NCBI GenBank assembly: GCA_963751525.1
Contig: CAVVUQ010000005.1
Location: 10,153 to 74,152 of the forward strand
From: an uncultured delta proteobacterium
GTDB lineage: Bacteria > Desulfobacterota > Desulfuromonadia > Desulfuromonadales > BM103
Direction of reading: 5' to 3'
DNA: 64,000 nucleotides
Shown: positions 1 through 21,272 of the stretch, piece by piece
Numbering within the stretch: position 1 is the stretch's first letter
Layout: each line of letters opens with the position of its first letter
Translations under genes and position numbers: made by a program
The notes under the pieces: generated by a model
What the model was told of the DNA's origin: nothing
What the model saw: the letters and a program-made list of their open reading frames with translations, nothing else
The model's database searches: none

Positions 1-106
1 CAATTACACGACGACCAAGAACAAGAAGAGCACTCCGGACAAGCTGGAGTTCAAGAAGTATTGCCGCTTCTGCCAGAAGCACACCCCGCACCGCGAGACC
101 AAGTAG
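1..106 (+). CDS. rpmG: 50S ribosomal protein L33, 3' end only (5' part lies outside the window)
   Basis: Frame 2 reads [34 protein letters not shown], then TAG at 104-106. This is a typical L33 C-terminus, and it sits upstream of tRNA-Trp/secE/nusG. Confidence 0.85.
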   Translation, partial: NYTTTKNKKSTPDKLEFKKYCRFCQKHTPHRETK

Positions 107-145
107 GCGCGGCAACGGGTCGCAGGGGCGCACCAAGGCTTCTGC

Positions 146-222
146 AGGCCAGTAGCTCTAATGGCTAGAGCACCGGTCTCCAAAACCGGGTGTTGGGGGT
201 TCGAATCCCTCCTGGCCTGCCA
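146..222 (+). tRNA. trpT: tRNA-Trp (anticodon CCA)
   Basis: A 77-nt cloverleaf folded by hand. Acceptor AGGCCAG/CTGGCCT, anticodon loop CTCCAAA, T-loop TTCGAAT, encoded 3' CCA. Confidence 0.9.
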
Positions 223-260
223 TTTTCAACCACGACTTCAGAGGGCAAGGTACCGATCAC

Positions 261-443
261 ATGAACAAGGCTGGCGAGTTTCTCGGTCAAGTCAAAGCCG
301 AGTTGCAAAAAGTTACCTGGCCAACCCGCAAGGAGACTTACGGGACCACGATCGTGGTCATCGTGCTGGTCCTGATGGTCGCCGTCTACCTCTGGGTTAT
401 CGATACGGCCCTGTCGACGTTGATCCGCACCCTGTTGAAGTGA
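261..443 (+). CDS. secE: preprotein translocase subunit SecE
   Basis: 60-aa ORF with one hydrophobic helix (TTIVVIVLVLMVAVYLWVI). Canonical position between tRNA-Trp and nusG. Confidence 0.9.
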   Translation: MNKAGEFLGQVKAELQKVTWPTRKETYGTTIVVIVLVLMVAVYLWVIDTALSTLIRTLLK

Positions 444-459
444 AGGTCTGGAAACGATC

Positions 460-996
460 ATGGGCGAAATGAAGTGGTACGGCGTTCACACCTACTCGGG
501 GTATGAAAACAAGGTCAAGCTGAACCTCGAAGAGCGGATCAGGATGCTGGGCGCCGCGGAATTCTTCGGCGAGGTTCTGATTCCGTCGGAGACCGTGGTC
601 GAGTTGAAGAACGGCGAGCGGCGCACCTCGACGCGCAAGTTCTTCCCCGGCTATATCCTGGTCCAGATGGAACTCAATAACGAGACCTGGCATGTCGTCA
701 AGGACACCCCCAAGGTGACCGGGTTCGTCGGCGGCGGGACCAATCCTCCGGCCATTCCGGACGAGGATGTGGCCAAGATCACCAAACGCATGGAAGAGGG
801 GGTGGAGCGCCCCAAGCCGAAAGTCGAATTCGAAGTCGGCGAAACCGTCCGGGTCATCGACGGACCGTTCCTCAACTTCACCGGCGTGGTCGAGGATGTC
901 AAACCCGACCGGGCGAAACTCAAAGTCATGGTCAGCATCTTCGGGAGGGTCACCCCCGTCGAGCTCGAATTCATTCAAGTGGAAAAAACCAGCTGA
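460..996 (+). CDS. nusG: transcription termination/antitermination factor NusG
   Basis: [17 protein letters not shown]-terminus and a KOW-type C-terminus. The start could instead be the ATG at 469. Confidence 0.95.
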   Translation: MGEMKWYGVHTYSGYENKVKLNLEERIRMLGAAEFFGEVLIPSETVVELKNGERRTSTRKFFPGYILVQMELNNETWHVVKDTPKVTGFVGGGTNPPAIPDEDVAKITKRMEEGVERPKPKVEFEVGETVRVIDGPFLNFTGVVEDVKPDRAKLKVMVSIFGRVTPVELEFIQVEKTS

Positions 997-1034
997 GCAC
1001 CGCTGGCGGAGCATAGTCTGCAAGGAGCCCTCTC

Positions 1035-1460
1035 ATGGCCAAGAAGATTACTGGACAAATCAAGCTGCAGATCCCAGCCGGCAAGGCAAATCCCTCGCCT
1101 CCCGTCGGCCCGGCGCTCGGTCAGCACGGCGTCAACATCATGGAGTTCTGCAAAGCCTACAATGCCAGAACCCAGGACCAGGAAGGGCTGATCATCCCGG
1201 TCGTCATCACGGTCTATGCCGACCGCTCCTTTACCTTCATCACCAAGACGCCGCCCGCGTCGGTGCTGCTCGTCAGGGCTGCCAAGATCCCCAAGGGGTC
1301 GGGGGTCCCCAACAAGGACAAGGTAGGGCGGGTCACCAAGGCGCAGGTCGAGGAGATCGCCAAGCTCAAGATGCCGGACCTCAACGCCAACGACCTGGCG
1401 GCAGCGGTCAAAACCATTGAAGGCACGGCCCGCAGCATGGGGATCGAAGTTGAAGGCTAA
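1035..1460 (+). CDS. rplK: 50S ribosomal protein L11
   Basis: [33 protein letters not shown] is an L11 signature. Confidence 0.97.
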   Translation: MAKKITGQIKLQIPAGKANPSPPVGPALGQHGVNIMEFCKAYNARTQDQEGLIIPVVITVYADRSFTFITKTPPASVLLVRAAKIPKGSGVPNKDKVGRVTKAQVEEIAKLKMPDLNANDLAAAVKTIEGTARSMGIEVEG

Positions 1461-1492
1461 CCAAAATACGCAGGCAGCGGAGTAGATAAACA

Positions 1493-2194
1493 ATGGCTAC
1501 CGGAAAACAGCAGAAAGCGGCCAAGGCGAAGATCGATCGCTCCAAGGCCTACCCGATTGAAGAGGCCCTGACCCTGGTCAAGGAAACGTCGCATGCCAAG
1601 TTCGACGAAACTGTCGATATCTGTGTGCGCCTCGGTGTTGACCCGCGTAAGGCCGACCAGATGGTGCGCGGCGCCGTGGTTCTCCCCAACGGGCTCGGCA
1701 AAACCGTGCGCGTCCTGGTCTTTGCCAAGGGCGAAAAAGCGCAGGAGGCCCAGGCGGCCGGTGCCGATCATGTCGGCGCCGACGATCTCGTCGCCAAGAT
1801 CCAGGAGGGCTGGTACGATTTTGATACGGCCATTGCCACTCCGGACATGATGGGGACCGTCGGCAAGATCGGCAAGCTGCTCGGCCCCCGCGGTCTGATG
1901 CCGAACCCCAAGGTCGGCACGGTCACCTTCGAGATCAGCCGCGCCGTCAGTGAAGCCAAGTCGGGCAAGGTCGAGTACCGCGTCGAGAAGGCCGGGATCG
2001 TCCATGCTCCGGTCGGCAAGGTCTCCTTCGATGTCGACCGGCTCAAGGGGAACGTGGTTGCCCTGATGGATGCCCTGGTTAAGGCCAAACCGGCCACCTC
2101 CAAGGGGACCTATCTGAAGAAAATCAGTATTTCCAGCACCATGGGGCCCGGTGTCAATATCGACGTGCCGGCGCTGCAGGCCCAGGTGAAGTAG
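1493..2194 (+). CDS. rplA: 50S ribosomal protein L1
   Basis: 233-aa L1-like sequence in the rplKA position. Confidence 0.97.
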   Translation: MATGKQQKAAKAKIDRSKAYPIEEALTLVKETSHAKFDETVDICVRLGVDPRKADQMVRGAVVLPNGLGKTVRVLVFAKGEKAQEAQAAGADHVGADDLVAKIQEGWYDFDTAIATPDMMGTVGKIGKLLGPRGLMPNPKVGTVTFEISRAVSEAKSGKVEYRVEKAGIVHAPVGKVSFDVDRLKGNVVALMDALVKAKPATSKGTYLKKISISSTMGPGVNIDVPALQAQVK

Positions 2195-2425
2195 GGAATT
2201 TCCGGTTGACCGGCCCGGTCACTTGGTGACCGGGCAGTCGAGTTTTTGCAGCAAGCGTAGTCCTGGCCACAGACAGCAGGCACCGGCGTCAACGGTTTAA
2301 TGGTTTTGGCCGCCTGCCGAGGCGAAATGGATGAAGTGGCGGAATGGTCCGCCTCTGACCTCCTGATCGGCTGGGATGGAGGGTCGCATGCGACCCGTAA
2401 ATCTACAAGGAAAGGAGGAGAGGCG
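2195..2425 (+). promoter_or_regulatory. putative rplJL (L10) leader / autoregulatory 5' UTR
   Basis: A 231-nt non-coding gap between rplA and rplJ with several hairpins (cccggtcac/gtgaccggg at about 2212-2234; gggtcgcatgcgaccc at about 2381-2396). This is the known position of the L10 leader. Assigned by position only, with no covariance model run. Confidence 0.45.
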
Positions 2426-2944
2426 TTGAATAAACAGTCCAAACAAGATCTGGTCACTGAGCTCGCCGAACGGCTCAAGGTGACCAAGGCAGCGTTTCTG
2501 GCCGACTATCGCGGTCTGAACGTGGGAAAGGCCACCGAACTGCGGCGCAAGCTGCGGGCGGCCGGAGTCGAGTACCGGGTGGTCAAGAACACCCTGCTGC
2601 GCCTGGCGGCCAAGGGTACCCCGGCGGCCTGCCTCGACGCGGAGCTCAAGGGCCCGACCGCCGTGGCGCTGGTCACCGGCGATCCGGTAGCGCCGGCCAA
2701 GGCACTGGTCGAATTCGCCAAGGCCAACCAGGCCTTCGAACTGAAGGCCGGCATGCTCGACGGCAAACTGCTCAAGGCGGCCGATGTCAGGGCACTGGCC
2801 GAACTGCCGAGCCGCGAGGTGCTGTTGGCCAAGCTGCTCGGGACGCTCAATGCGCCGACCGGCAACTTCGTCGGCGTGCTGGCGGCGATCCCGCGGTCGC
2901 TGGTCCAGGTGCTGAGCGCCGTCAAGGACCAGAAGGCGGCCTGA
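2426..2944 (+). CDS. rplJ: 50S ribosomal protein L10
   Basis: A TTG start at 2426 is preceded by aggaaaggaggagagg. The product begins LNKQSKQDLVTELAERLK. The upstream part of track ORF 2300-2944 looks non-coding. Confidence 0.9.
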   Translation: MNKQSKQDLVTELAERLKVTKAAFLADYRGLNVGKATELRRKLRAAGVEYRVVKNTLLRLAAKGTPAACLDAELKGPTAVALVTGDPVAPAKALVEFAKANQAFELKAGMLDGKLLKAADVRALAELPSREVLLAKLLGTLNAPTGNFVGVLAAIPRSLVQVLSAVKDQKAA

Positions 2945-2999
2945 CCCCGTCCTTATTCACCAAACTACCAGACATCAATATCAACGGAGGATATGAATC

Positions 3000-3380
3000 A
3001 TGGCTGAGATCACCAAAGCGCAGGTTGTTGAGTTCATCGAGAAAATGACGGTTCTGGAACTGTCGGAGCTGGTCAAGGAACTGGAAGAGAAGTTCGGCGT
3101 ATCGGCGGCCGCGCCGGTGGCTGCCGCTGCTGCTGCCCCGGCAGCCGAAGCTGCTGCGGTCGAGGAGAAGGACGAGTTCACCGTCGTGCTGAAGTCGTCT
3201 GGCGAGAAGAAGATCAACGTCATCAAGGTGGTGCGCGCGGTCACCGGTCTTGGCCTGAAAGAAGCCAAGGATCTGGTCGATGGCGCCCCGCAGAACGTCA
3301 AGGAAAGCGTTTCCAAGGCCGAAGCTGAAGACCTGAAGAAACAGCTGGAGGAAGCCGGCGCCACTGTGGAGCTCAAGTAG
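3000..3380 (+). CDS. rplL: 50S ribosomal protein L7/L12
   Basis: Ala-rich hinge and a C-terminal [22 protein letters not shown] motif. Confidence 0.97.
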   Translation: MAEITKAQVVEFIEKMTVLELSELVKELEEKFGVSAAAPVAAAAAAPAAEAAAVEEKDEFTVVLKSSGEKKINVIKVVRAVTGLGLKEAKDLVDGAPQNVKESVSKAEAEDLKKQLEEAGATVELK

Positions 3381-3407
3381 TCGCCTGTAACGTAAAGGTC
3401 CTTTGCT

Positions 3408-3436
3408 AGCCAAGGTCGCCTGGCGCGACCTTGGCT
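3408..3436 (+). terminator. rplL-rpoB intergenic hairpin (possible attenuator)
   Basis: Perfect 12-bp stem agccaaggtcgc/gcgaccttggct with a 5-nt loop, followed by moderately T-rich sequence. The position matches the partial terminator known between rplL and rpoB. Confidence 0.45.
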
Positions 3437-3471
3437 ATTCATGCTTTCGCTTATCTTTTCGAGGAGACACC

Positions 3472-7626
<4,155 letters not shown>

Positions 7627-7668
7627 TTATAGGTCCCATACGACCTACCGGACCGATAAGACCTATAA
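7627..7668 (+). repeat. rpoB-rpoC spacer hairpin built from four 9-bp-periodic GWCC units
   Basis: Units gtcccatac, gacctaccg, gaccgataa and gacctataa start at 7633, 7642, 7651 and 7660. The outer 9-bp inverted repeat is ttataggtc (7627-7635) / gacctataa (7660-7668). Confidence 0.7.
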
Positions 7669-7698
7669 TAACCAACCATCCTGCAAGGAGGGTGTGTC

Positions 7699-11892
<4,194 letters not shown>

Positions 11893-11926
11893 GCTCCAAG
11901 AAAAATCGTTTCCAGAGAATAAGTGC

Positions 11927-11955
11927 TTGACAAGGGAGACCCGGACTGATAACTT
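11927..11955 (+). promoter_or_regulatory. candidate sigma70 promoter for the rpsL (str) operon
   Basis: TTGACA (11927-11932), 17-nt spacer, TAACTT (11950-11955). Confidence 0.3.
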
Positions 11956-12028
11956 CACCGGGTTTTCCCCCCTATCCGGGGGTTCGCTCTTTCAACGTCT
12001 CGAATACGCAGATATCGGGAGTAATTCG

Positions 12029-12400
12029 ATGCCGACGATCAACCAGCTGATCCGTAAGGGTCGCCAGGAAAAGAAGGAGAAATCGAGTGCGCCGGCGTTG
12101 CGGGGTAACCCGCAGAAGCGCGGGGTGTGCACCCGGGTCTACACCACCACCCCCAAGAAGCCGAACTCAGCGCTCCGCAAGGTCGCTCGTGTCCGTCTCA
12201 CCAGCGGGATCGTGGTAACCTCCTACATCCCCGGCGTCGGCCACAACCTCCAGGAGCACTCAGTGGTCCTGGTGCGTGGCGGCCGCGTCAAGGACCTTCC
12301 GGGCGTGCGCTACACTATCGTGCGCGGTACGCTCGACCTGGCTGGTGTGAAGGGCCGCATGAAGTCGCGGTCGCGCTACGGCGCCAAGCGCCCCAAGTAA
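12029..12400 (+). CDS. rpsL: 30S ribosomal protein S12
   Basis: [13 protein letters not shown] start at 12029, inside track ORF 11795-12400. Confidence 0.97.
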   Translation: MPTINQLIRKGRQEKKEKSSAPALRGNPQKRGVCTRVYTTTPKKPNSALRKVARVRLTSGIVVTSYIPGVGHNLQEHSVVLVRGGRVKDLPGVRYTIVRGTLDLAGVKGRMKSRSRYGAKRPK

Positions 12401-12423
12401 CCGTACGAGGCTGAGAGGACGTT

Positions 12424-12894
12424 ATGCCGAGAAGAAGAGAAGTTGCCAAGCGGGTGATCCTGCCCGACCCGAAGTTCAACGACCGGCTGCTGGCCAAGTT
12501 CATGAACGTCGTCATGCTCAGTGGCAAGAAGAGCACCGCCGAGCAGATCGTCTACGGGGCCTTCGAACTGATCCAGCAGCGCAGCGGTGACGAACCGCTG
12601 GAGGTCTTCAAGAAGGCAGTCGACAACGTTCGTCCGGTCGTCGAGGTCAAGTCCCGCCGGGTCGGCGGTGCCACCTACCAGGTGCCGGTGGAAATCCGCA
12701 CCGAACGGCGCAATGCCCTGGCCATCCGCTGGCTCATCAGCCACGCCCGCAAGCGCAACGAGAAAACCATGCGCGAGTGTCTGGCCGGCGAGTTCCTGGA
12801 TGCCGCCAATAACCGCGGTGCTTCGGTCAAGAAAAAGGAAGACACCCACCGCATGGCCGAGGCCAACAAGGCCTTTGCGCATTACCGCTGGTAA
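12424..12894 (+). CDS. rpsG: 30S ribosomal protein S7
   Basis: [18 protein letters not shown] is an S7 N-terminus. Confidence 0.97.
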   Translation: MPRRREVAKRVILPDPKFNDRLLAKFMNVVMLSGKKSTAEQIVYGAFELIQQRSGDEPLEVFKKAVDNVRPVVEVKSRRVGGATYQVPVEIRTERRNALAIRWLISHARKRNEKTMRECLAGEFLDAANNRGASVKKKEDTHRMAEANKAFAHYRW

Positions 12895-12915
12895 GGCATT
12901 TAAGGACGGATTGAC

Positions 12916-14994
12916 GTGGCACGACTCGTTTCGCTCGAAAAAACCCGCAATATCGGCATCATGGCCCACATCGATGCCGGTAAGACCACCACCACCGAGC
13001 GCATCCTCTATTACACCGGGGTGTCGCACAAGATCGGTGAGGTCCATGACGGCGCCGCCACCATGGATTGGATGGAGCAGGAGCAAGAGCGAGGCATTAC
13101 TATCACCTCCGCTGCTACGACCTGCATCTGGGATGATCACCGCATCAATATTATCGATACCCCCGGCCATGTCGACTTCACCATTGAGGTCGAGCGGTCC
13201 CTGCGTGTTCTCGACGGCGCCATCGCCGTGTTCTGTTCGGTCGGTGGCGTGGAACCCCAGTCGGAAACGGTCTGGCGACAGGCCGACAAGTACGGTGTCC
13301 CCCGCATCGCCTTCATCAACAAGATGGACCGCATCGGTGCCGATTTCGATCGCGGCCTCAAGATGATGCGCGACCGTCTCGGTGCCAAGCCCGTCCCGAT
13401 CCAGCTCCCCATCGGCAAGGAAGAAAAGTTCCGCGGCGTCATCGACCTCGTCACCATGAAGGCGATTCTCTGGGACGACGAATCGTTGGGCGCGCGCTAT
13501 GAGGTCTCCGAGATTCCGGCGGACCTGCGTGACGAGGCCCAGTTGGCTCGCGAAGCGATGATCGAAGAGATCAGCGGCGTCGACGACGAATTGATGGAGA
13601 AATATCTCGGCGGCGAAGAGCTCAGCGAAGCCGAAATCAAGGCTGGCATCCGCAAGGCCACCAGTCTGCTGCTGATCAACCCGGTCCTGTGCGGTTCGGC
13701 GTTCAAGAACAAGGGGGTGCAGACCCTCCTCGACGCCGTGGTTGACTACATGCCGGCCCCCACCGATGTTCCTCCCATCAAGGGGATCAATCCCGATACC
13801 GGTGAAGAGTTGACCCGTCCGGCCGACGATAAGGGGCCGTTCTCGGCGCTGGCCTTCAAGATCATGACCGACCCGTTCGTCGGCCAGTTGACCTTCTTCC
13901 GGGTCTACTCCGGCATTGCCGAGTCCGGTGCGCATATCTACAACGCGACCAAGGGGAAGAAGGAGCGCTTCGGGCGGCTGCTGAAGATGCACGCCAACAA
14001 GCGCGAGGAGATCAAGGAAGTCTACGCCGGCGATATCGCCGCGGCGGTCGGCCTGAAGTACTCCACCACCGGCGATACCCTGTGCGACGAAAAGAATGTC
14101 TGCCTGCTTGAGGCGATGGAATTCCCCGAGCCGGTCATCCATATCGCCATCGAGCCGAAGACCAAGGCCGACCAGGAAAAGATGGGGATCGCCCTGCAGA
14201 AATTGATTCAGGAAGACCCCTCGCTGCGTGTGCGCACCGACGAAGAGACCGGTCAGATCATCATCTCCGGGATGGGTGAGCTGCACCTGGAGATCATCGT
14301 CGACCGCATGAAGCGCGAGTTCAAGGTCGAGGCCAATGTTGGCGCGCCGCAGGTGGCCTACCGCGAGACGATCACCAAAAAGGTCGAGGTGCAAGGCAAG
14401 TTCGTGCGCCAGTCCGGTGGCCGTGGCCAGTACGGCGATTGCTGGTTGCGTATCGAGCCCCTCGAGCCCGGCAGCGGTTTCGAGTTCGTCGACGAGATCA
14501 AGGGCGGCGTCATCCCCAAGGAATACATCCCGGCGGTTGGCAAGGGTGCCGAAGAGGCGTCCCAGAAAGGCGTCATCGCCGGTTTCCCGATCGTCGACGT
14601 GCGGGTTTCCTGCTTCGATGGTTCCTATCACGACGTCGACTCCTCGGAGATGGCCTTCAAAATTGCCGGCTCGATGGGCTTCAAGGAAGGGGCCGCCAAG
14701 GCCGCTCCGGTCCTGCTTGAGCCGATCATGGCAGTCGAAGTGGTCTGCCCCGAGGATTACATGGGTGACGTCATGGGCGATCTCAGCAGCCGCCGTGGCC
14801 GGGTCACCGGCATGGAGGGCCGCGGGACCGCCCAGGTGATCAGCGCCCATGTGCCGCTGGCCAACATGTTCGGCTATTCGACCGATTTGCGCAGTGCCAC
14901 CCAGGGGCGTGCCACCTACACCATGGTATTTGCCCATTACGAGCAGGTGCCCAAGGTTCTGGCTGACGAGATCGTCGCCAAGACCAGGGGCTGA
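12916..14994 (+). CDS. fusA: elongation factor G
   Basis: GTG start. [16 protein letters not shown]1 motif. 692 aa. Confidence 0.97.
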   Translation: MARLVSLEKTRNIGIMAHIDAGKTTTTERILYYTGVSHKIGEVHDGAATMDWMEQEQERGITITSAATTCIWDDHRINIIDTPGHVDFTIEVERSLRVLDGAIAVFCSVGGVEPQSETVWRQADKYGVPRIAFINKMDRIGADFDRGLKMMRDRLGAKPVPIQLPIGKEEKFRGVIDLVTMKAILWDDESLGARYEVSEIPADLRDEAQLAREAMIEEISGVDDELMEKYLGGEELSEAEIKAGIRKATSLLLINPVLCGSAFKNKGVQTLLDAVVDYMPAPTDVPPIKGINPDTGEELTRPADDKGPFSALAFKIMTDPFVGQLTFFRVYSGIAESGAHIYNATKGKKERFGRLLKMHANKREEIKEVYAGDIAAAVGLKYSTTGDTLCDEKNVCLLEAMEFPEPVIHIAIEPKTKADQEKMGIALQKLIQEDPSLRVRTDEETGQIIISGMGELHLEIIVDRMKREFKVEANVGAPQVAYRETITKKVEVQGKFVRQSGGRGQYGDCWLRIEPLEPGSGFEFVDEIKGGVIPKEYIPAVGKGAEEASQKGVIAGFPIVDVRVSCFDGSYHDVDSSEMAFKIAGSMGFKEGAAKAAPVLLEPIMAVEVVCPEDYMGDVMGDLSSRRGRVTGMEGRGTAQVISAHVPLANMFGYSTDLRSATQGRATYTMVFAHYEQVPKVLADEIVAKTRG

Positions 14995-15043
14995 GCCAGA
15001 GAACTTCTGACGTAACCAGCGAGCAGTGTGAGGAGAGACAGCG

Positions 15044-16243
<1,200 letters not shown>

Positions 16244-16258
16244 GCAAGGGGACGCTCC

Positions 16259-16567
16259 ATGCAGAACCAGAAGATTCGCATCCGCCTCAAGGCGTATGAT
16301 CACAAGCTGCTCGATCAGTCGGTCAACGAGATCGTCGATACCGCCAAGCGCACCGGCGCCCGGGTGGCCGGCCCGATCCCTCTGCCGACGGTGATCAACA
16401 AGTACTGCGTGCTGCGCGGCCCGCATGTCGACAAGAAAAGCCGCGAGCAGTTCGAGATGCGGACCCACAAGCGTCTGCTGGATATTCTTGAGCCGACTCA
16501 GCAGACCGTTGACGCCCTGATGAAACTCGACCTCTCGGCCGGTGTCGACGTCGAAATCAAGCTGTAA
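16259..16567 (+). CDS. rpsJ: 30S ribosomal protein S10
   Basis: [18 protein letters not shown] signature. Confidence 0.97.
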   Translation: MQNQKIRIRLKAYDHKLLDQSVNEIVDTAKRTGARVAGPIPLPTVINKYCVLRGPHVDKKSREQFEMRTHKRLLDILEPTQQTVDALMKLDLSAGVDVEIKL

Positions 16568-16589
16568 ACCAGCGGACGAGGGTAGTGTC

Positions 16590-17225
16590 ATGATTGAGGG
16601 AATTTTGGGCAGAAAATTGGGCATGACCCAGGTGTTCGCCGCCGACGGCCGCTGGCTTCCCGTGACCGTCGTCGAGGCCGGACCCTGTACTGTGCTGCAG
16701 AAGAAAACCGCGGCAACCGATGGCTACAATGCATTACAGCTCGGTTTTGGCGAGAAGAAGAGCCACCGGGTCAACAAGCCGCTGATGGGACATTTCCGCA
16801 AGGCTGGGCAGGGAGCGTTCGCTCACCTGCGCGAACTGGCCGCCGAGAACGTGGATGCCTTCCAGGTCGGCGACCAGGTCAGCTGCGCTGCGGTCTTCCA
16901 GGCCGGCGATATCGTCGATGTGACTGGAACCAGCAAGGGCAAGGGTTTTCAGGGTGTCATCAAGCGCTGGAACTTCGCCGGTGGCCCCGGTGGTCATGGC
17001 TCCAACTTTCATCGCCGCCCCGGTTCGATCGGTTGCAGTGCCTGGCCGTCAAGGGTTCGCAAGGGGATGAAGATGGCCGGGCAAATGGGCAATCGTCGCG
17101 TCACCACGCAGAATCTGGAGATCGTCGAAGTACGTCCCGAGCAGAATCTGATTTTGGTCAAGGGCGCGCTTCCCGGTGCCAACCAGGGGCTGGTGGTCAT
17201 CCGCAAGGGCATCAAGGTCAAGTAG
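16590..17225 (+). CDS. rplC: 50S ribosomal protein L3
   Basis: The ATG at 16590 gives [16 protein letters not shown]. Confidence 0.96.
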   Translation: MIEGILGRKLGMTQVFAADGRWLPVTVVEAGPCTVLQKKTAATDGYNALQLGFGEKKSHRVNKPLMGHFRKAGQGAFAHLRELAAENVDAFQVGDQVSCAAVFQAGDIVDVTGTSKGKGFQGVIKRWNFAGGPGGHGSNFHRRPGSIGCSAWPSRVRKGMKMAGQMGNRRVTTQNLEIVEVRPEQNLILVKGALPGANQGLVVIRKGIKVK

Positions 17226-17257
17226 TCGTCGTTTCGATCATCAGACGGAGTTTCGTC

Positions 17258-17881
17258 ATGGCAAAAATTGCAGTATACGACATTAATCGCCAGCAGGTGG
17301 CCGAGCGCGAGCTCGAAGACGCGGTATTCAATACCGAGGTCAAGGAATACCTGATCCACGACATGGTGCGCTACCAGTTGGCAGCGCGCCGTCAGGGGAC
17401 GGCCAAGACCAAGGGGCGCAGCGAGGTTCGCGGCGGCGGCAGGAAGCCCTACAAGCAAAAGGGGACCGGCAACGCCCGCCAGGGGAGCAGCCGCGCGCCG
17501 AACCATGTCGGCGGTGGCACGGTGTTCGGGCCGACTCCTCGCGACTATGAGTTCAAGCTGAATCGCAAGGTCAAGAAGGCTGCCCTGACGAGTGCCCTCT
17601 CCGCGCGCTACCGTGATGAGCAGATGGTCGTGATCAATGCCCTGGCGCTTGAGGAGATCAGCACCAAAGGGTTCGCCGAGGTGCTCAAGCGCTTCGAACT
17701 CGGCAAGACCCTGGTGGTGGTCGAGGGCGACAACCGCAATGTGGAGCTGTCGGCCCGCAATCTGCCCAACGTCAAGGTGCTGCGCGCCGAAGGGGTCAAC
17801 GTCTACGACGTGATGAAATACCCCAATCTGGTGCTGACGGCCGGGGCGGTCGATCAGATCGAAGGAGCCTTGAGCAAATGA
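17258..17881 (+). CDS. rplD: 50S ribosomal protein L4
   Basis: The ATG at 17258 gives [14 protein letters not shown]. Contains [20 protein letters not shown]. Confidence 0.96.
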   Translation: MAKIAVYDINRQQVAERELEDAVFNTEVKEYLIHDMVRYQLAARRQGTAKTKGRSEVRGGGRKPYKQKGTGNARQGSSRAPNHVGGGTVFGPTPRDYEFKLNRKVKKAALTSALSARYRDEQMVVINALALEEISTKGFAEVLKRFELGKTLVVVEGDNRNVELSARNLPNVKVLRAEGVNVYDVMKYPNLVLTAGAVDQIEGALSK

Positions 17882-18162
17882 AGCCTCTACACCAGATCAT
17901 CAAGCGTCCGCTGATCACTGAGAAATCCAACCTGCAGCGTGAGGCGGGCCAGGTTGTCACCTTCGAGGTGGCCCGCAACGCCAACAAGATCGAGATCAAA
18001 CAGGCTGTTGAACAGGCCTTCAAGGTCAAGGTCAAGGATGTCCGCACCATGGTCACCGCCGGCAAGGCCAAGCGCGTTGGGCGTACTGTCGGCAAGCGTT
18101 CTGCAGTCAAGAAGGCGTATGTCACCCTCGCCGAGGGTAAGATTGATTTCTTCGGCGTCTGA
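17878..18162 (+). CDS. rplW: 50S ribosomal protein L23
   Basis: 94-aa L23-like ORF (ITEKS...VTFEV). Its start overlaps the rplD stop. Confidence 0.96.
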   Translation: MKPLHQIIKRPLITEKSNLQREAGQVVTFEVARNANKIEIKQAVEQAFKVKVKDVRTMVTAGKAKRVGRTVGKRSAVKKAYVTLAEGKIDFFGV

Positions 18163-18196
18163 GCGTGCCTGAAACCCCTCTGACGGAGTAGCAATA

Positions 18197-19021
18197 ATGG
18201 CGATCAAAAAGTTCAAACCGACCTCGCCGGGTCGCCGTCAAATGACCTCCTCGACCTTCGAGGAGATCACGACATCAACCCCGGAAAAGTCGCTGCTGGC
18301 CCCCGCCAAGAGAACCGGCGGCCGCAACAATGCCGGCCGGATCACCAGCCGGCACGCGGGCGGCGGCCACAAACAGCGCTATCGCCTGATCGACTTCAAG
18401 CGTGACAAGAAGGAGATCCCGGCCAAGGTCGCGTCCATCGAGTACGACCCGAACCGTTCGGCGCGCATTGCCCTGCTGAACTATCTGGACGGTGAGAAGC
18501 GCTATATCCTCGCGCCGGTCGGCATCAATGTCGGCGACCTGATTGTCGCCAGCGATCAGGCGGATATCAAGCCGGGGAACGCTCTGGCGATCCGTTCGAT
18601 CCCGCTCGGTACCTGGGTGCACAATGTCGAGCTCAAGGTCGGCAAGGGCGGACAGTTGGCCCGCAGCGCCGGAACCTATGCGATGATCGCCGCCAAGGAA
18701 GGCAAGTACGCCCAGTTGCGGCTCCCCTCCGGCGAAGTGCGGCTGGTGCTGCAGGAGTGCTGCGCCACCATCGGCCAGGTCGGCAACCCTGATCATGAAA
18801 TCGTCAACATTGGCAAGGCCGGCCGCAACCGCTGGCTGGGCAAACGCCCGCAGTCCCGCGGCGTGGCCATGAACCCGGTCGACCACCCGCATGGCGGTGG
18901 CGAAGGGAAGAGCTCCGGCGGCCGTCACCCGGTCACCCCGTGGGGTGTGCCGACCAAAGGTTACAAGACCCGTTCCAATAAACGGACCGACCGCTTCATC
19001 GTGCGGAAGCGGACCAAGTAA
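18197..19021 (+). CDS. rplB: 50S ribosomal protein L2
   Basis: [14 protein letters not shown] start and a [12 protein letters not shown] motif. Confidence 0.98.
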   Translation: MAIKKFKPTSPGRRQMTSSTFEEITTSTPEKSLLAPAKRTGGRNNAGRITSRHAGGGHKQRYRLIDFKRDKKEIPAKVASIEYDPNRSARIALLNYLDGEKRYILAPVGINVGDLIVASDQADIKPGNALAIRSIPLGTWVHNVELKVGKGGQLARSAGTYAMIAAKEGKYAQLRLPSGEVRLVLQECCATIGQVGNPDHEIVNIGKAGRNRWLGKRPQSRGVAMNPVDHPHGGGEGKSSGGRHPVTPWGVPTKGYKTRSNKRTDRFIVRKRTK

Positions 19022-19044
19022 GATCGCGGACAGAGGAGACGACC

Positions 19045-19320
19045 GTGGCAAGATCGATCAAAAAAGGCCCGTACGTCGAGGGCAGCCTCGCGCGCAAGGT
19101 GCAGAAATCGGGCGAAGGGAGTCCCGGCAAGGTCATCAAGACCTGGTCGCGCCGCTCCACCATCATCCCGGAGTTCGTCGGCCAGACCTTTGCCGTTCAC
19201 AACGGCAAGAAGTTCATCCCGGTCTTCGTGACCGAGAACATGGTTGGCCACAAACTCGGTGAATTTTCCCCGACCCGCACCTACTTCGGGCACGGCTCCG
19301 ACAAGAAGAAGAAAAAGTAG
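19045..19320 (+). CDS. rpsS: 30S ribosomal protein S19
   Basis: GTG start. [10 protein letters not shown]. Confidence 0.97.
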   Translation: MARSIKKGPYVEGSLARKVQKSGEGSPGKVIKTWSRRSTIIPEFVGQTFAVHNGKKFIPVFVTENMVGHKLGEFSPTRTYFGHGSDKKKKK

Positions 19321-19347
19321 CCTTAAAGCTCTAAGGAGTTCCGGTTC

Positions 19348-19680
19348 ATGGAAGCGACTGCCAAATTGAGTTTTGTACGCCTTTCCCCGCAGAAAGCCCG
19401 CCTGGTCATTGACCTGGTACGCGGCAAGCGGGTTCAGGAGGCCCTGAATATCCTGAAGTTCTCTCCCCAGCGCGCAGCGGAAATCGTTGCCAAGCTGGTG
19501 AGTTCGGCGGTGGCCAATGCCGAGCAGAAAGGGGTCGGCGATGTCGACCGCCTGTTCGTCAAGACCATCTTTGTTGACCAGGGTCCGGTGTTGCGCCGCT
19601 TTATGCCGAAAGGGCGCGGGAGCGCCAGCCGCATCCGCAAACCGACCAGCCACATCACCGTGGTTCTTGGCGAGCAGTAA
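19348..19680 (+). CDS. rplV: 50S ribosomal protein L22
   Basis: 110-aa L22-like ORF in S10-operon order. Confidence 0.96.
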   Translation: MEATAKLSFVRLSPQKARLVIDLVRGKRVQEALNILKFSPQRAAEIVAKLVSSAVANAEQKGVGDVDRLFVKTIFVDQGPVLRRFMPKGRGSASRIRKPTSHITVVLGEQ

Positions 19681-19700
19681 CAGATCGAGGAGGTGAGGGT

Positions 19701-20351
19701 TTGGGCCAGAAAGTACATCCAGTAGGGTTCCGTCTCGGTATCATCCGGACGTGGGAATCCAAGTGGTACGCGGAAAAGGATTACGCCACGCTGCTTCATG
19801 AGGATCTGAAGCTGCGCGACTACCTGAAGAAGCGGCTCCACCATGCCGGCATCTCCAAGATCGAGATCGAACGCGCCGCGAGCAAGGCGAAGATCAATAT
19901 CTTTGCGGCCCGCCCCGGGATCATCATTGGCAAGAAGGGCTCGGAGGTCGAGTCCCTCAAAAAGGATCTGGCGAAGCTGACCGACAAGGAAGTCTTCATC
20001 AACATTCAGGAAGTGCGCAAACCAGAGATCGATGCGCAGTTGGTCGCCGAGAACGTGGCCCTGCAACTCGAGCGCCGGGTGGCCTTCCGCCGGGCGATGA
20101 AGAAGGCGGTCAGCCAGGCCCTCAAGTTTGGTGCCGAGGGGATCAAGATCGAGTGTTCCGGGCGCCTGGGTGGTGCCGAGATGAGTCGCCGCGAGTGGTA
20201 TCGCGAAGGCCGCGTCCCCCTGCACACCCTGCGTGCCGACATCGACTACGGCTTCGCCGAAGCCAAGACGACCTACGGGATCATCGGCGTCAAGGTTCTG
20301 GTCTTCAAGGGAGAAATCCTCGACCGCGAACAGCTGCAGCAGAATCGTTAA
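19701..20351 (+). CDS. rpsC: 30S ribosomal protein S3
   Basis: TTG start. [13 protein letters not shown]. Confidence 0.97.
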   Translation: MGQKVHPVGFRLGIIRTWESKWYAEKDYATLLHEDLKLRDYLKKRLHHAGISKIEIERAASKAKINIFAARPGIIIGKKGSEVESLKKDLAKLTDKEVFINIQEVRKPEIDAQLVAENVALQLERRVAFRRAMKKAVSQALKFGAEGIKIECSGRLGGAEMSRREWYREGRVPLHTLRADIDYGFAEAKTTYGIIGVKVLVFKGEILDREQLQQNR

Positions 20352-20367
20352 CAGGAGTTGATGCGTC

Positions 20368-20793
20368 ATGTTGATGCCAAAGAAGGTTAAGCATAGAAAG
20401 CAGTTCAAGGGGCGCATGAGCGGGCCCGCTGCCGGCGGCACCAATCTGAATTTCGGCGACTTCGGCCTTCAGGCGGTTGAGTGTGGCTGGCTCTCCTCCC
20501 GTCAGATCGAGTCGGGGCGCCGCGCCATGACCCGCTATATCAAGCGCGGTGGCAATATCTGGATTCGGGCGTTTCCGGACAAGCCGATCACCCGCAAGCC
20601 GGCTGAAACCCGTATGGGGAGCGGCAAAGGGTCCCCGGAAGGGTGGGTTTGCGTGGTCCGCCCGGGGATGGTGCTCTTCGAGATGCAGGGTGTCACCGAG
20701 GAGATCGCCCGCGAGGCGTTCCGTCTGGCGGCGCACAAGCTGCCGATGAAGACCAAGTTACTGGTTCGCGAGGAGACCGGCCATGAAGGCTAA
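20368..20793 (+). CDS. rplP: 50S ribosomal protein L16
   Basis: [17 protein letters not shown]. Confidence 0.97.
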   Translation: MLMPKKVKHRKQFKGRMSGPAAGGTNLNFGDFGLQAVECGWLSSRQIESGRRAMTRYIKRGGNIWIRAFPDKPITRKPAETRMGSGKGSPEGWVCVVRPGMVLFEMQGVTEEIAREAFRLAAHKLPMKTKLLVREETGHEG

Positions 20794-20971
20794 GGAACTG
20801 CGTGACCTGAGCGTTGATGAACTCAGCAGGAAGGCGACGGAGTTGGACCAGGAACTGTTCAACCTGCGTTTTCAGCTGCATACCGGTCATCTGGAAAACA
20901 GCGCGCGCATCCCCCAGGTGCGCCGGGAGATCGCCCGCGTGAAAACCGTTCTCCGGCAAAAGCGCGGATAG
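20783..20971 (+). CDS. rpmC: 50S ribosomal protein L29
   Basis: 62-aa [16 protein letters not shown]...LFNLRFQ. Confidence 0.95.
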   Translation: MKAKELRDLSVDELSRKATELDQELFNLRFQLHTGHLENSARIPQVRREIARVKTVLRQKRG

Positions 20972-20992
20972 AGGGAAAAGGCGAGGACGGCA

Positions 20993-21259
20993 ATGAACAC
21001 AGAGCAAGGTAACCGGAAAACCCGGGTCGGCGTGGTGGTCAGCGACAAGATGGACAAGACGGTGGTGGTCCGGGTTGACAATATCGTCAAGCACCCGGTC
21101 TACAAGAAATTCATCAAGCGGCGCGTGACCTGCAAGGCCCATGATGAGCGCAATGAGTGCGCGATCGGCGACAAGGTGTTGCTCGTCGAGACCCGGCCGC
21201 TGTCGAAAGACAAGCACTGGCGGGTGCGCGAAATCCTGGAAAAGAACGTCAGCGTTTAG
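20993..21259 (+). CDS. rpsQ: 30S ribosomal protein S17
   Basis: 88-aa [19 protein letters not shown]. Confidence 0.96.
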   Translation: MNTEQGNRKTRVGVVVSDKMDKTVVVRVDNIVKHPVYKKFIKRRVTCKAHDERNECAIGDKVLLVETRPLSKDKHWRVREILEKNVSV

Positions 21260-21272
21260 GAGATAGCCGGCC

